Shown here: positions 50,001-62,631 of the stretch, piece by piece
How the letters are laid out: each line of letters opens with the position of its first letter
Numbering within the stretch: position 1 is the first letter of the stretch
Source of the DNA: Tubiluchus corallicola
Lineage: Eukaryota; Animalia; Priapulida
Assembly (NCBI GenBank): GCA_030141605.1
Contig: JAQGDQ010000005.1
Span: forward strand, 930,180-994,179
Reading direction: 5' to 3'
DNA: 64,000 nucleotides
The notes under the pieces: model-generated
Database searches by the model: none
The model's input: the letters and a program-made list of their open reading frames with translations, nothing else
What the model was told of the DNA's origin: nothing
Program-made: the position numbers and the translations under genes

Positions 50001-53000
50001 GTCTGCTCGAAAAAAATAAGCATTACAGTTATGAAAAACTCTAAAGAAAACATATTGTGCCCATAAAAATAACAACAATCATTGGAGTCATGTTTCTCCA
50101 TATTGGGGCTTTGCAATTTATAACACATGGTCTGCCATGATTTGTTTGCGCCCCATGGTTCTCCACAAATAGACGTAACTGTGGCTGTAATACAATTATA
50201 AGTATAAAAGTATAATGTAAATTACCAAATAAGTTTTATAATTTATGTATGTGCACCCATTCAATTAACTTAAATATTTCAGAATATACAGTGACATTTT
50301 AACCTTTACCTGTAGAATGTTTACAACACTAAACTGATAATTTGATAAATACTCCCTACAATTCCTGTTTCCTCTTTGGAAATATGAAACTTAGCAGGTG
50401 AAGTTGTTTATCACATTTATCACTGGATAAGTTTTGATTTAAAATCAAACTGAACCTTTCGAACTTTACTGTTTCAAACACCAATCTAGGCAGTTAGTGT
50501 ATTTTAGTTCTGCCAGTCCATCATCTGTCCAAAACATGAAACTTTTATAACCATGTAAATGCATTTTCATTAGGCATTTACAATTCTTTCATTAAGTGTT
50601 TGTAAATATGCAGAGCATTGCATTGAGTGGTAGTGAATATTTTCTTTTCATGTTAATCATTAAAGTTCTCCTCAACATATCACCTGATATGAAAATAAAA
50701 GCCTCTTAAGTAACTTGAAACATATTATTAATTTTACAGTAAGAATAGTGAGTAATGTTAGGTTTATTTGAGAAAATAATAAAAAAGTTGCATTGTTGGT
50801 TGATTGGTGGTTTGTTGGTAGCAGTGTAGCTAATCAACGTTGATGATTGAAAGGTTGACAGATGTTAAACGGGAGTTGTTAAACTTGAAAATTTTGCTTA
50901 ACGTTATGGTGTCTGCCTTACCAAATCACATAGTTTCCAATGCACAAGTGTTTACTTTGCCAACTACTGAATATAGGCCAGTGCTTTCCTATAGTGGCAA
51001 ACAATGGTGAACAACATGCATGTATTTATGACATTATAAACGTTTTACGAATGTGTTTATTGCTGGCTACCACATCTTCAAGACAGTGCTTTAAGAGACA
51101 TGTTTTGCGTTTCACACATTTTCGTTGAGAGCTGGGCTGATTTTGCTGCAGTAGTGCTCTTGCAGTATGCTTGGCAGCTAATAAAAATCTGTCTATGTTT
51201 CACTAAGAATGTCTAAAAATTTGGATTGTAAAAATACACTAGGTTTTACTCTGCCCATTTTTATTATACTTTATGTTAACTGTTAATAATGCATACTACT
51301 TTAATCATGTTTGAGATATGTAACTCTGCTTGTTATTTTGTTGTATATAGAGTTTTAATTTTTGATTGACTTCTACTTGAACTTCAGATAGCAAAACTGA
51401 GAATAAAATTGCAAGATTTTCATTATTTACTATACAAAAGGTATCATGGACAATTTAATAACCACTGGTTAGTAAACATTTGAACCTCTTATCTTTTACA
51501 GGAAAAACATTTGATATCACGTATGTCAACATTAAGTTTTACACAAGCCGGCCGGAAAGTTTCGTCGTGTATAAACGGACTTCCGAAGATTCTGAATGGA
51601 CTTCGTATCAGTATTACAGTGCTTCTTGTCAACGTACGTACGGTGTACCTTTAAAGCAAACAATAACTAGAGACGATGAAACTTTAGCAATATGCACAAA
51701 TGATTTTAGCGACATCTCACCTCTAAATGGAGGAAACGTGTACTTCTCGACATTAGAAGGCAGGCCTAGTGCATACCAATTTGATCGTTCACCTCAGCTG
51801 CAGGTAAAGTTTTTTTAGTATTACTGTTACTTTGTATTTTTTTTACGCAGGCACCATCAGTAACGACGTTGGCTTATGTGCTAATTAATGCACTAAAATA
51901 ACCTTAAATTTTGGCATTAATATGTTTGTTTTGGTCCAAGGTAATCCTAAGCAGTATGAACTCATTAGCAAACAGCTAATAATTCATCTACGTCTATGCA
52001 CTTCTAATTTAAAGAATAACAGATTTTTTTACATTTTATTTCTTCCAAATCAACCACAAATGCTTTATTTTAGGTTATGCCTTACATGTGAATTGTTTCT
52101 ACAGTTTGCATGTGGAAAAGCTAAAATTGTCATTTTTGTGCTCTTTGTGCTTATTTGCAATGTTCACACATGGTGCAGGTTTGTAAATGGAATCATTTTC
52201 TCTTGGAATCGTATATTTCTAGCAATAAAATTATTCTCTTGGAATCGTATCTTTTTAACAAGTACCTGAGCCAAAGGAAAATCATGTTTTACCTGTTTGA
52301 ACCAAATGTTTAGCCTATCTAAAAGTGAACTTAATGCACCTTCATCACATTAAATTCTTCCTTGGCTACGCATGCTGTTCATAGGGGTACTACCATGACG
52401 TATTTTATTATTTATTCTATTTTTTGGCAATATTTACGCCTATAAGACACGCTGTTGTTATGATTCAGTGCACTCCCTGAGGAGGTATTTGCTGAACTAA
52501 ACCGAACTTGTGTTGCTGGATTTAGCATCAGAATTCATTACAAATGAAAAAAATGCGTGATATGAAGTTTTATGACTGCTTGATGATTGTTTAAATTTGT
52601 AAAACTTAAATTTTAAATTGTGAACACCTATGCACACATACAAATTTATGATGTGCAGTAACTGCACTAAATAAATGATATTTAGGTAAATAATGGAGGG
52701 AATGTATTGTTATAACATTATAATTATTTGCTTGATTAAAGTTACTGTTGAATTTCTATGCAGGAATGGGTGAAAGCAAAAGATATTATGGTATCATTGA
52801 CTCGACTAAATACATTCGGAGATGAAATATTTGGTGATGCGAATGTACTGAGATCATATTACTATGCCATCACAGATATTTCCATCGGTGCAAGGTGAGC
52901 ATTACCTAGCTTCTGTTATTTGTCATATCACTTGTTACTTTTATTTCCTCTTGCTTTAAGCATTGCAACTTTTGAAATTGAAGTCAAGCAATTGTTAATG

Positions 53001-56000
53001 TTGAATAATGATGCTGTATACTCCAGCATCTTATTTGGATTGTTAAAGTTTTCTTGGAGAGAGTGGCGGTCAAGGCTAGTAGATTGACAGTTTATCAGAA
53101 TTCATGGACAGAGTGTTTCGTGGACAGGGGTTTAAAAACAGAATTGAATGCTGATTCCCCAAGTGAATTGGTTCTCTTGTGTCAGAATAATAAACAAAAA
53201 GCTTACTTGTAGAATCAGGCCACAGTATTCACAGTAACCATGAAAAGCTTTTTAGGCTTGTAAAATGACGTAACTAGTATTGACAAGTTTTAGTCTTTGT
53301 GACCAAACACATAAAAAATAGAAACTGGAAGTATCAAGAGACCAAGTGATTGGCCATTGTCACTAACATTTCTTGGTGGTTTTTTGTGTAATTCATATTG
53401 TTTTAAGAGTTTCACCAATGTTTGTGTTACACTAATAGAGTAGTAATAAGCTAACATTGATATAATCTTTATTTACAAAGCCATTTACATTTTGTGTCCT
53501 TTGACGCCTAGACAGTCTACCAGTTAGTGGTTTTATAGCATTTCCTGGCAAAGTCCAACAGATGTTTAGTGGTTGATGTGCACTTTTTTCGGTGATTAGT
53601 GAAATACTGCCTTGTGTAAACATGTACTTGTTCTGAAGCTGTGCCAAGATCTAAATGATGCCATGTTGCGACCTACTTCAGATCAAGAAGTGTAGATACT
53701 TAACTTACTGTGGATGTACGCCTTAATGTATTCACTGCCCATTTTTGACTGATTTTTCCTTCTTTGGGAGCGACTGAATGATTTATGTCACTACGTTGGA
53801 TCTCTGTGTGCAGTATTGCCACTAACCATTGTAGTTGTATTTTACTTTTTTTCATGGTACGGCTTGCTGCTTGTCGGAATTCAGCACTCAACAGCAGTTT
53901 AGTTTTGTCTAGAATGAGACACTGAACAGACCGGATTTGCATAAGACAAATAATTAACGACAGTATGGCAGATGAAACAACTCATCAGTAGTTTTCTCAT
54001 CAGTAATCTATCCATTTACTGACAACACTTGGTGTTGTTTAACTTCAGTTACTGAGCAAATACTGTGACTACTCAGCTAACAGTGAAGAATGTCCTTGCG
54101 TACAAATGTTTATTCCAATGTGTAAGTGCTAAAAACAGGTTCATTAAGCTGAGCATTGCACAAAGCAATGAATACCTGAAGGACTGTACACATAACTTTT
54201 GGCATTAAAAGTTATGTATGTATCTTATAAATTTTTTGTTCATGACATTGATGCAGCAGAATATACTTGAAATAAGTAATATTACCACTACTAATAATTG
54301 TTAAAATGTGTTAAATGTGACTAGATGCTCCTGTAATGGACATGCTGGTGAATGCTATGAGACAGTGAACCAGTACTTGGAGAGAGAGCTGAAATGTAGG
54401 TGTGAACATCGCACTGATGGACCAGATTGCGAAATGTGTGAACCATTCTACAATGATCAGCCATGGAGACGAGCTTCGGAGGCAGATCCATTTGAGTGCA
54501 AACGTAAATTTATTAAAATTTTAATTATATACATACAAATGCTTAAAAAAGTGTTCAGGAAAGTTATCTTTGGCATATCTTTTTATTTTTTAATTAATCT
54601 GAAATTAAAAAAAGGTCTTTTCAAACTAATAGGAAATAACAGAACTTTCTTAGTTTTTGTTGTTCCATGGTACTGTGTAATGTCTTGCTTTTGTATAAAT
54701 CATAATTGAGTAACTGTTAGTGATAGCCGTTACTGCTGATTTCAATTTTGCCAATTACCTTTCTAATCGATTAATGAGATCACGTGTCGGCATATGACTT
54801 GGCGGGGGTGTCTATACGGATCTGCGCACCCAGCATTCAAAAATTAAATCCATAAACACAGCAAGTCTCTAGCAAAATTACCCATAACGATCAACAGTTT
54901 GTACTTTAGTTATCGTAGATTTTCTCTATAATAAAATGAGACTTTTAGCATAAGAAGTAGCATCATTAAATTCAGTTTTAAACCATAATTAATTATATTT
55001 CATTCGGTACAGCATATTACGCCGAAAAATAAGTTCGGTGTTAATTGTGTACGATTCGAATGTGTGTTATTAATTGTTTTGTGTAATTTTTAGAGGAAAT
55101 GCACGTGTATTTATAGACTAGAAAATGCTCTTTCAGCTGATCAGATTTGGAACATTATTAGTTCTTATTACTTTATAATCAAAGAATACTGAAGCCGGAG
55201 TCACGTTTTTTACAAAGTCTTCTGAAATTTATTTGTCACAAAGTTGTGAAGTTAATGCTTAATTGCACCTGTAAGAGAATTTTTTAGGTCTCTGGTAAAT
55301 CTGAACATTTAGCTATGCGACTTTGTATTTGAGAGTGTTTGGTGTTTACATCCGCAATTCTTTTGTGGTAAAATTAAAACACATTTTTCATTTTTTTGTA
55401 TTTCAAAATTTATTGTAAATTTATAGACTCAAAAACAATTGTTTATAATCAATTACTTAGCAAAATAATCGATACTAGAGACTTGCAAGCATCGAAATCG
55501 ATTATGCCCCCCCCCCCAGTAACTGTCTAAAATTTTATCATGTTACATAAAATGCTTTCTTTACAAATGTTGCATTAGTGTTGAATTTTTAACCCTTGCA
55601 GCTTGCAATTGTAATGGGCTGTCAAACAAGTGTTATTTTGATCCGGAGTTATATGAAGCAACTGGCCATGGTGGGCATTGCACAGACTGCCGTGAGTTCA
55701 CCGATGGACCTCACTGTGAGAATTGCAGGGAAAATTTCTATAGAAGGGCTGTAGACAATAGGTGTATGGATTGCCAGTGTAATCCAGTCGGTGAGTGTGT
55801 TAACAAGGCTAATAGTACATTTATGCTCCTCTTTACATTTTATTTAAATTTTGTGCTTACGCTGTCATCATATCATGTGTGATAGAGCTAAATCTTTTGA
55901 CGGATTTTTTCCTGTAATTTTAAATGTATTAAACATAGTTTTTTTAAATAATAAAATAATCATAAGTTTGTAGCACAAATTCTCTGAGTAGCCATATTGA

Positions 56001-59000
56001 TACTTGACTATGTTTTCTATCAATTTTGCATGCATGAGCCAAAGAAAGTCACAAAATTATGTTAACTTGTCTTTATGTTTTGTATCGGTAAAAGAATTTT
56101 TGCAACTGCTTTAGTTTACTTGCAGAAAAATGTTATGTATAGAACCAAATTTATATAGCGTAATTTGCAATTTGTTTAGTATTATTGCTGACAAGAATGC
56201 TTATTTTAGTTACGTTACTTCACCACAAGTGATTGCTCATGTCTCATGCTTGGAGTACTTTTCAACTCAAATTCATTTGGTTTTTTTCTATAGTTAATGT
56301 CATTTGTTTTTGTTTATTTTTTAGTTCAACGTCAGTTTATTTGTTTATAACTGGGGTTGAATTTATTTGTTTTCTTTTAGGGTCAAGGTCATTGCAGTGC
56401 GATGACACGGGTAGATGTCAGTGCAAGCCAGGTGTGACAGGTGAGAAATGTGACCGTTGCCAAGCTGGTTTTTATGATATGGGCGCCGATGGTTGCAGGT
56501 GCGTTTTTATGCCCTGGTAATAAAACGAAAGCATTCATTTTTGTTTATTTTAGTATAAATGTGCATGTCAGCATGACATTTTGCGACACAGAAATATTGC
56601 GCTAAATCATTAGCTTAATTTGAACATGATGTAATAGCAGAGCTTTGTGTTTTTTAAGATTGTGTGGTTTTATAAGCAATTTAAATAGAAAACATTGATA
56701 ATAAAAGCTTAAAGATGCTGTTGGCTCTTGTGTTCCTATTTTTATTGCTAACAAAAAAATGGAAACTTTTTTATATTTTTCTAGTTTGCATATGACATAT
56801 ATTTCAACTGACACTTTGGAATGCTTAGGCACTTGAGAAACACCAGAAAGTAAAACGAAATTTCAGCACGAAGTTTGGTGCATTTTGCAGAAAAAAAACG
56901 ATTTTGCATTTTTGTAAATTATTAATTGAATTCAAACTGTGATAACTTATCTTTTCTAGAGAGTGTGGCTGTGTTGAGGCTGGTAGCTATGATAATACCC
57001 CACAATGTAACGCAGAGACGGGGCAGTGTAGATGCAAGGAGCATGTCGAAGGGCGAACTTGCGATCGCTGCAAGCCAGGATTTTTCTACATGAATGAAGA
57101 CAATAAGTTTGGTTGCATTCCATGTTTCTGTTTTGGCCATTCTTCAGTATGCGACAGTGCACCAGATTATGTGCAGCGAACTATCGGAGCAGACTTTGTT
57201 AATGGTAGGTTTCACACGTTGTCCCACGGAGAATAAAGACAGAAGCTTGAAAATAAAGCAGTTCCATTAGTAGGGTATAATAGAATTTATTCTGTTTCCT
57301 ATTGTACAAGTTATTTTGCTGTTTCTCTATATAGTTTATTTCAGTATAAAAATTTTCTCCACAGGTGCCCAAAAATGGTTTGGTGTTGAGAAGGATGGTG
57401 AAGAAGTACAAGTCAGCTATAATGCGATCACTCAGGCTATTGGCTTATCTGCAGAAGGGAACCAAGTATTGTACTTCTCTGCACCTAGTATGTATAGACC
57501 ACACAGCTCACAATGGAACATTACAGTAGCGTAACTTGTACAACTAACATTTTTAAATAAAATTACAAAAAATTATTCCTTGTGACAGAATGTCCTTTAG
57601 AAGTAAAATAGACTGATGAAGCTAACGGTGTCCCTTAAATTGCCTGTAGCAAATTGATTCTTCTCTCAAATTGTGCTTTAGTATTATAGCTTTGTGTAGT
57701 TATTTTTCTGTATTTGGATGTGTATAAATAATTGGATGTCGTATTGCTATTTATACATCTAAACACATGCACCTTTAAGTGCATTGAAATTTACCCCCAT
57801 TATATATAAACAGAAATTATGTATGCTTTTGCTTGCGTGTTAAGGCCGTTTCTTGGGTGACCGACGCTTCAGTTATAATCAGTACTTGGAGTTCACACTG
57901 CGAATCGGTGAAGATGGTGGAAATCCAACTCGTTATGATGTCGTGCTGGAAGGATCATCCGGGAAGACAGCTTCTCTTCCAGTCTATGCTCAGCGCCAGC
58001 CTGTATGTAAAACTAGAGACCTGTAGTTAACTTTGTCAAGTTTTGCTTAAATAAAGGCTTGCTTTTGTAGATTGCAAAAATTTGTCACTTTTATTTAACA
58101 TCATGTGCAAAGGTTGTATACTGAAACTGACTGACAGTCTTTGTCACCATTGTAACAGTATTTTATGGTTACAAAAGGTTAGCTGTTCTTGTTATTGAAT
58201 AGATGCCAAGAACTGTGGAAAACTCATATAAATTTCTGCTAAATGAGCATTCGGATTACCTATGGTCACCAAGTATGACGTCTGTGGAATTTTTGAATCT
58301 CTTGTCTAACTTAACTGCAATAAAAATCCGCGGAACATACATGAGTGATGGTATGTACAAATAATTTCTTTTTTATATGCAGTTTATCGGAGCTTAGAAC
58401 AGTCCTATGATTTTTGAAGTTCACTTCTAAGTCTCGTAATTGATTACGCCTGATATTCTGAGCATGTTCATTTAATTGGTTTGTTTTATTTTATTACTTT
58501 CCTTGGTCAGATGAGTTTTACTAACTTGACTTTTAAATGAATACCTTGTTTTGGTAATTTTTTATCTTTACGATTTTCCTTGAATCAAAAATCGACTGGT
58601 ATTGGTATTCCTAATTTTTACTCTTTTTTACTATGTTTTTGACGCATTTAGCTGCATTTGTTATGTTTGCTTACCATATTATGGAAGTCCTGCATTTGTC
58701 AAATATATATTAACTGAAGACTGATGTGTTAGGTGTTGGTTTTCTGCATGATGTAAAACTTGGCTCTGCCCGTAGAGGTCAGAGAGGAGATCCGGCACCG
58801 TGGGTTGAAGAATGTACATGTCCCGAAGGTTATGTTGGGCAGTACTGTGAGGACTGCACTCCTGGTTATCGCCGTGAACCAAGAAACGGTAGCCAATTAG
58901 ACAAGTGTGTGCCATGCCAATGTTACAACCATTCTGATTACTGTGACGTCAACACTGGTAGATGTATATGTGAACATAACACTGAAGGTGACAACTGTGA

Positions 59001-62000
59001 GCGCTGTGTTTCTGGTTACTACGGTAACCCACGAGACGGGACACCCGATGATTGTCAAGTCTGTCCTTGTCCGGAGCAGGGTCCGTGTACACTTGTTAAG
59101 GTATGTTGCAGTTGGTTTACTTTTCAGGAGTTTATCAGAATCTTGCATTAAAATTTCATGAGAAAGTAACTGAAACAGGAGCAGGAATAAGATTTTAATT
59201 CACAGTAGCGATACTTGCTTGTCTTTCATTTTATATTTAATGGGTTAATATTTTAAGTAAAAGTCCTGCTGGAAAGATTGTAATGGAGCTGTATTTTATA
59301 TGATGGTCAAGCATTTAATGCATGTTAATGTTCTGTAAATGTCTCTTGTACTTTTATAGTTTCCAATTTTTCACGTTTGACTCCTTATGGTCAAATTTAG
59401 TTTATTATTAATTGCTAATCAATAAGTAACAATGATCATTTTTATTAATTAGGGAGGAGAGGTGGCTTGTTTGAACTGTCCTGAAGGGTATGCTGGATAC
59501 CTATGTGACGTATGCCAAGATGGCTATTTTGGAGATCCTCAAGGTCAATATGGACAACCTAGTTCTTGCGAGAAGTGTGTTTGCAATGATAATATTGATC
59601 CAAATGCTGTTGGTAACTGTGATCAGTAAGTATAGTTTGCCAAAATGACATTGATATTACTAAGCAAAAACTAATACTAACAAATAGAGATTTTGCTGAC
59701 ACTTTCAATAAAAATATTCTATTATGAATGTGGATATTTGTTTAAGTTTATAATTGTACTTTATAAGTTTCTCGCTAAATTAAACTATTTACAGTTTATT
59801 ATTAGATTCTTAGAAGGATTGTATTGCTTACAGTACTTTTTGTATTATTGACTATGATCATTCCATATTTTTTCTTCCAGGGTTACAGGAGAATGCTTGA
59901 AATGTATTTATAATACTGAGGGTGTTCTCTGTGAACAGTGTTTACCTGGCTTCTATGGCAGTGCATTAACTTCACCAAAACCTGGATGCAAAGGTAAGCC
60001 TTGCAACCATTTTTACCATTTAAGTCATCATTACATTTTTTTTAATAGCATACTAATTGTGCTAAATTCAAAATCATATGTTTTATGCTTTGCGTGGTAA
60101 AATGTTTCTCAATAGTGTTTTTATAAGTACATTCATTTTTATGAATATGTGTGTGTTTACTACTGATGTAGTCTTAGAAAACGCTATGTAGAATTTTACC
60201 TAACTTACATTGAGAATTCTTTGTTGTGTGATACCGATGTATAATGTATGATTTCAGCGTGTGATTGTTACCTTGCTGGAACTGTGGCAGAAGATGGAGA
60301 GTCTGACGTGCAGTGTGATCTGGCAGATGGCAGATGTCCTTGCAAGACTAATGTTATAGGTCGCCAGTGTGACGAATGCGCTCGTGGATTCTGGAATATT
60401 GATAGGTAGGTTTCCCCTTTTTCATTCCTTTAAAAATGTTGACTTTGTTCCAGTCTAAATAATCCACTAATTTTCTTTTTTTTGCATTTTAGGGCAGTAA
60501 ATTAAATTTTTCAAAAACTGTGAAAGTTCGCAGCATTTAAATTATTTAATCATACTTGTCACTTTTTTCAGTGGTAATGGTTGTGAAACATGCAATTGCG
60601 ACCCGATTGGCTCTGTGAATGAAACTTGTCATATCCGTACCGGCCAGTGTTTTTGCCGTCCAGGTGTTGGTGGTTTAAAATGCGATGAATGTCTTCCACT
60701 TCACTTTGGATTTAGTAACCAAGGTTGTCAGTGTAAGTGAGCTCTGTATATAAGTATAGTTTTAAAGCAGTCAGATGATGTGATGCCACATTGCTCTAGT
60801 AGCAGCAATGGTTTGAAGAAAAAAGCCTAGAATTTTAATATCCATTGCATGAAGTTTAAAAATGGCAGAAAAATAACAATTGGTGAGAGAAGATGTCCTT
60901 ACATTTGAATGTGAATGGGATTTTTTTTTACTGGTCTAGTCTCTTATGTTAAAGTGTTAAAGAGAGTTCAATTCCCACCGTCTCAGTTCATTTCATTAAG
61001 TAAGTTCTGCCTTTGAGTACTGTTCCCAAAGAAACTGAACTGTGTGCAAAAAATAATGCCAAATCATCATCTCTTGCAGCCAGAGTTCTCTCAACATAAT
61101 ACCTATGTGACATGCAAGACATACAAATTCAAAAAGTGTTGTGTGACAACAGAACGCTTTTTTCAAAGCTAAGAACATTTAATCAAAAAGCTTTCTTAAC
61201 AAATCTTTACAGCTGCTTATTTTCTATTTTTTATTTATTTTTCAGTGTGTGATTGTGATCCAATAGGATCTAAAGATGAACAGTGTGCTCCAGATGGACA
61301 ATGCCCATGTCACGAAGGTGTGGCAAATCGACGCTGTGACCAATGTGAAGAAAACAAGTATGACATGGAGGCTGGGTGTATCGGTGTGTAATCATAGAGA
61401 TTCAATAAATAATTAGTTAATTGAAGTTTGTCACTCTAACGGACAGAAGAAATTTGTTTTATACTTGAGATTAATGAAACATTTGTTTGTAATGAGGCAA
61501 ATGTTTGTAATTGATAATAAGTGCCAGACTAACTTAATTAAGCTGTTTACTGCAGATTGCCCGCCATGCTATGGACTTGTTCAGAAGCGAGTGAATGCTC
61601 ACCGTGAGAAACTAGCAGAGATCGAGCAGCTGCTGATTGACATAGATGCAAATCCGCCAAATATCAGTGATCAAGATTTTGAAAAGCAGCTGAAGCAGAT
61701 TGAAGCAACTGTTACTGAACTACTAGAAGATGCAGAAGATGCAGCTGGTATTGTTTGCTTGCTAAAATTTTCATTTATTATTATTCACTTAATTCATTGA
61801 ATTTGCTTTTATTATGACTTTGCTTATAAATATGTCAGTGCGTTTCATAAATAAATGTGTTTCTTGTGTTTCCAAGTGTTTTTTGTTGGTCAGGTGGTAA
61901 CTTGGAATGCAGAACATTGATAAGTAAGCTTTAGAATGTATCCAGTAGTTCAGTCCTTGTGCTGTGCTGTTGATAGTTAATAACTGTTCTCTGTTAAAAA

Positions 62001-62631
62001 TAAAGCCAGCAGTTGCTGTGTCTGAAAAATTTTATGAAAAAAGCTCTTTCAGCTAATGTGGTAATGCCTAAGACTTACTATATTTCTCTTTAAGGAGTAA
62101 CAGGACGACTTCCTTATGTATGTTGCTTGTCAGGAAAACAGTGTATAAGATTTTACTTTTGAATCTGTCACATATTGACATGTTGTTGTGATGGTAGATC
62201 CAATTGCTGGACTATTGCAACTTTGAGAATTTTCTTTAGTAGAAGTTCGTTTCATTCTGCAAATCTTGTAATTGACTCTGGCTTCGCTTCAACTTATTTC
62301 AGACCTGACTTCTTGTTTTAGGCAAAGAAGGTGGTTTAGGAGGTACAATGGATGAACTGAGAGAAAAGATTGATGAAATTATGGAAACGGCTGCTAAAGT
62401 AACAGCTAAAGTTGTTCAGGCTGATGAAGCATCTAAAGAAGGCATTCAGGACATCTCAGAAGCTGAGGATGCTGTTACCAGAGCAGAGGATGCTTTAAAT
62501 ACTGCACAAAAATACATAGAAAAAGAAGGCAAGGCGGCACTGGATGAAGCACAGGAGGCTTCGGATAAATTTGGAATGCAGTCTGATCGGATGTCAGAGA
62601 TTGCTCGGGAAGCGAGAGTAGAGGCAGACAG
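46631..62631 (+). CDS. LAMC1: Laminin subunit gamma-1-like, 3'-partial (18 exons, ~1217 codons; continues past the window)
   Basis: join(46631-47087,51502-51803,52764-52894,54325-54503,55602-55790,56381-56498,56960-57204,57365-57487,57845-58002,58203-58350,58733-59100,59453-59625,59881-59993,60258-60405,60572-60732,61246-61383,61556-61747,62322-62631) with compatible phases. Domain order: signal peptide, LN, LE repeats, L4, LE repeats with NIDPNAV, then CPPCY and coiled coil. Confidence 0.95.
51502..51803 (+). CDS. LAMC1: Laminin gamma exon 2 (LN)
   Basis: [27 protein letters not shown]; TTACAG| ... CAG|GTAAAG. Confidence 0.95.
52764..52894 (+). CDS. LAMC1: Laminin gamma exon 3 (end of LN)
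   Basis: [43 protein letters not shown]; AG|GTGAGC. Confidence 0.95.
54325..54503 (+). CDS. LAMC1: Laminin gamma exon 4 (LE)
   Basis: [11 protein letters not shown]...[11 protein letters not shown]...ECK. Confidence 0.93.
55602..55790 (+). CDS. LAMC1: Laminin gamma exon 5 (LE)
   Basis: [29 protein letters not shown]...CNPV; G|GTGAGT. Confidence 0.95.
56381..56498 (+). CDS. LAMC1: Laminin gamma exon 6 (LE)
   Basis: [32 protein letters not shown]. Confidence 0.93.
56960..57204 (+). CDS. LAMC1: Laminin gamma exon 7 (LE and start of L4)
   Basis: ECGCVEAGS...CKPGFF...[14 protein letters not shown]. Confidence 0.93.
57365..57487 (+). CDS. LAMC1: Laminin gamma exon 8 (L4)
   Basis: [12 protein letters not shown]...LYFSAP; A|GTATGT. 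Confidence 0.9.
57845..58002 (+). CDS. LAMC1: Laminin gamma exon 9 (L4)
   Basis: [21 protein letters not shown]...DVVLEG; AAG acceptor. Confidence 0.9.
58203..58350 (+). CDS. LAMC1: Laminin gamma exon 10 (L4)
   Basis: ...[17 protein letters not shown]. Confidence 0.92.
58733..59100 (+). CDS. LAMC1: Laminin gamma exon 11 (end of L4 and LE)
   Basis: [30 protein letters not shown]...CPCPEQGPC. Confidence 0.94.
59453..59625 (+). CDS. LAMC1: Laminin gamma exon 12 (LE, nidogen-binding NIDPNAV)
   Basis: ...[16 protein letters not shown]; CA|GTAAGT. Confidence 0.95.
59881..59993 (+). CDS. LAMC1: Laminin gamma exon 13 (LE)
   Basis: [26 protein letters not shown]. Confidence 0.94.
60258..60405 (+). 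CDS. LAMC1: Laminin gamma exon 14 (LE)
   Basis: ACDCYLAGT...[23 protein letters not shown]. Confidence 0.93.
60572..60732 (+). CDS. LAMC1: Laminin gamma exon 15 (LE)
   Basis: [15 protein letters not shown]...[17 protein letters not shown]. Confidence 0.93.
61246..61383 (+). CDS. LAMC1: Laminin gamma exon 16 (last LE)
   Basis: [13 protein letters not shown]...[10 protein letters not shown]. Confidence 0.92.
61556..61747 (+). CDS. LAMC1: Laminin gamma exon 17 (CPPCY, start of coiled coil)
   Basis: [24 protein letters not shown]... Confidence 0.92.
62322..62631 (+). CDS. LAMC1: Laminin gamma exon 18 (coiled coil)
   Basis: TTTTAG| ... AG|GTATTA; heptad-rich, [16 protein letters not shown]. 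Confidence 0.9.

Noticed and set aside
53700-53942. Minus-strand ORF faintly like an RTE C-terminus (KIQLQWL)
   Set aside because: The diagnostic GH and GRP motifs are absent.
46610-57204. Netrin as an alternative identity for the LN-LE exons
   Set aside because: The gene continues in phase into a fourth LE, L4, further LE repeats and a coiled coil, which is laminin gamma architecture.
60931-60980. tRNA/SINE-like A and B boxes (TGGTCTAGT...GTTCAATTCCC)
   Set aside because: No cloverleaf or SINE body is recognisable; at most a decayed SINE head.
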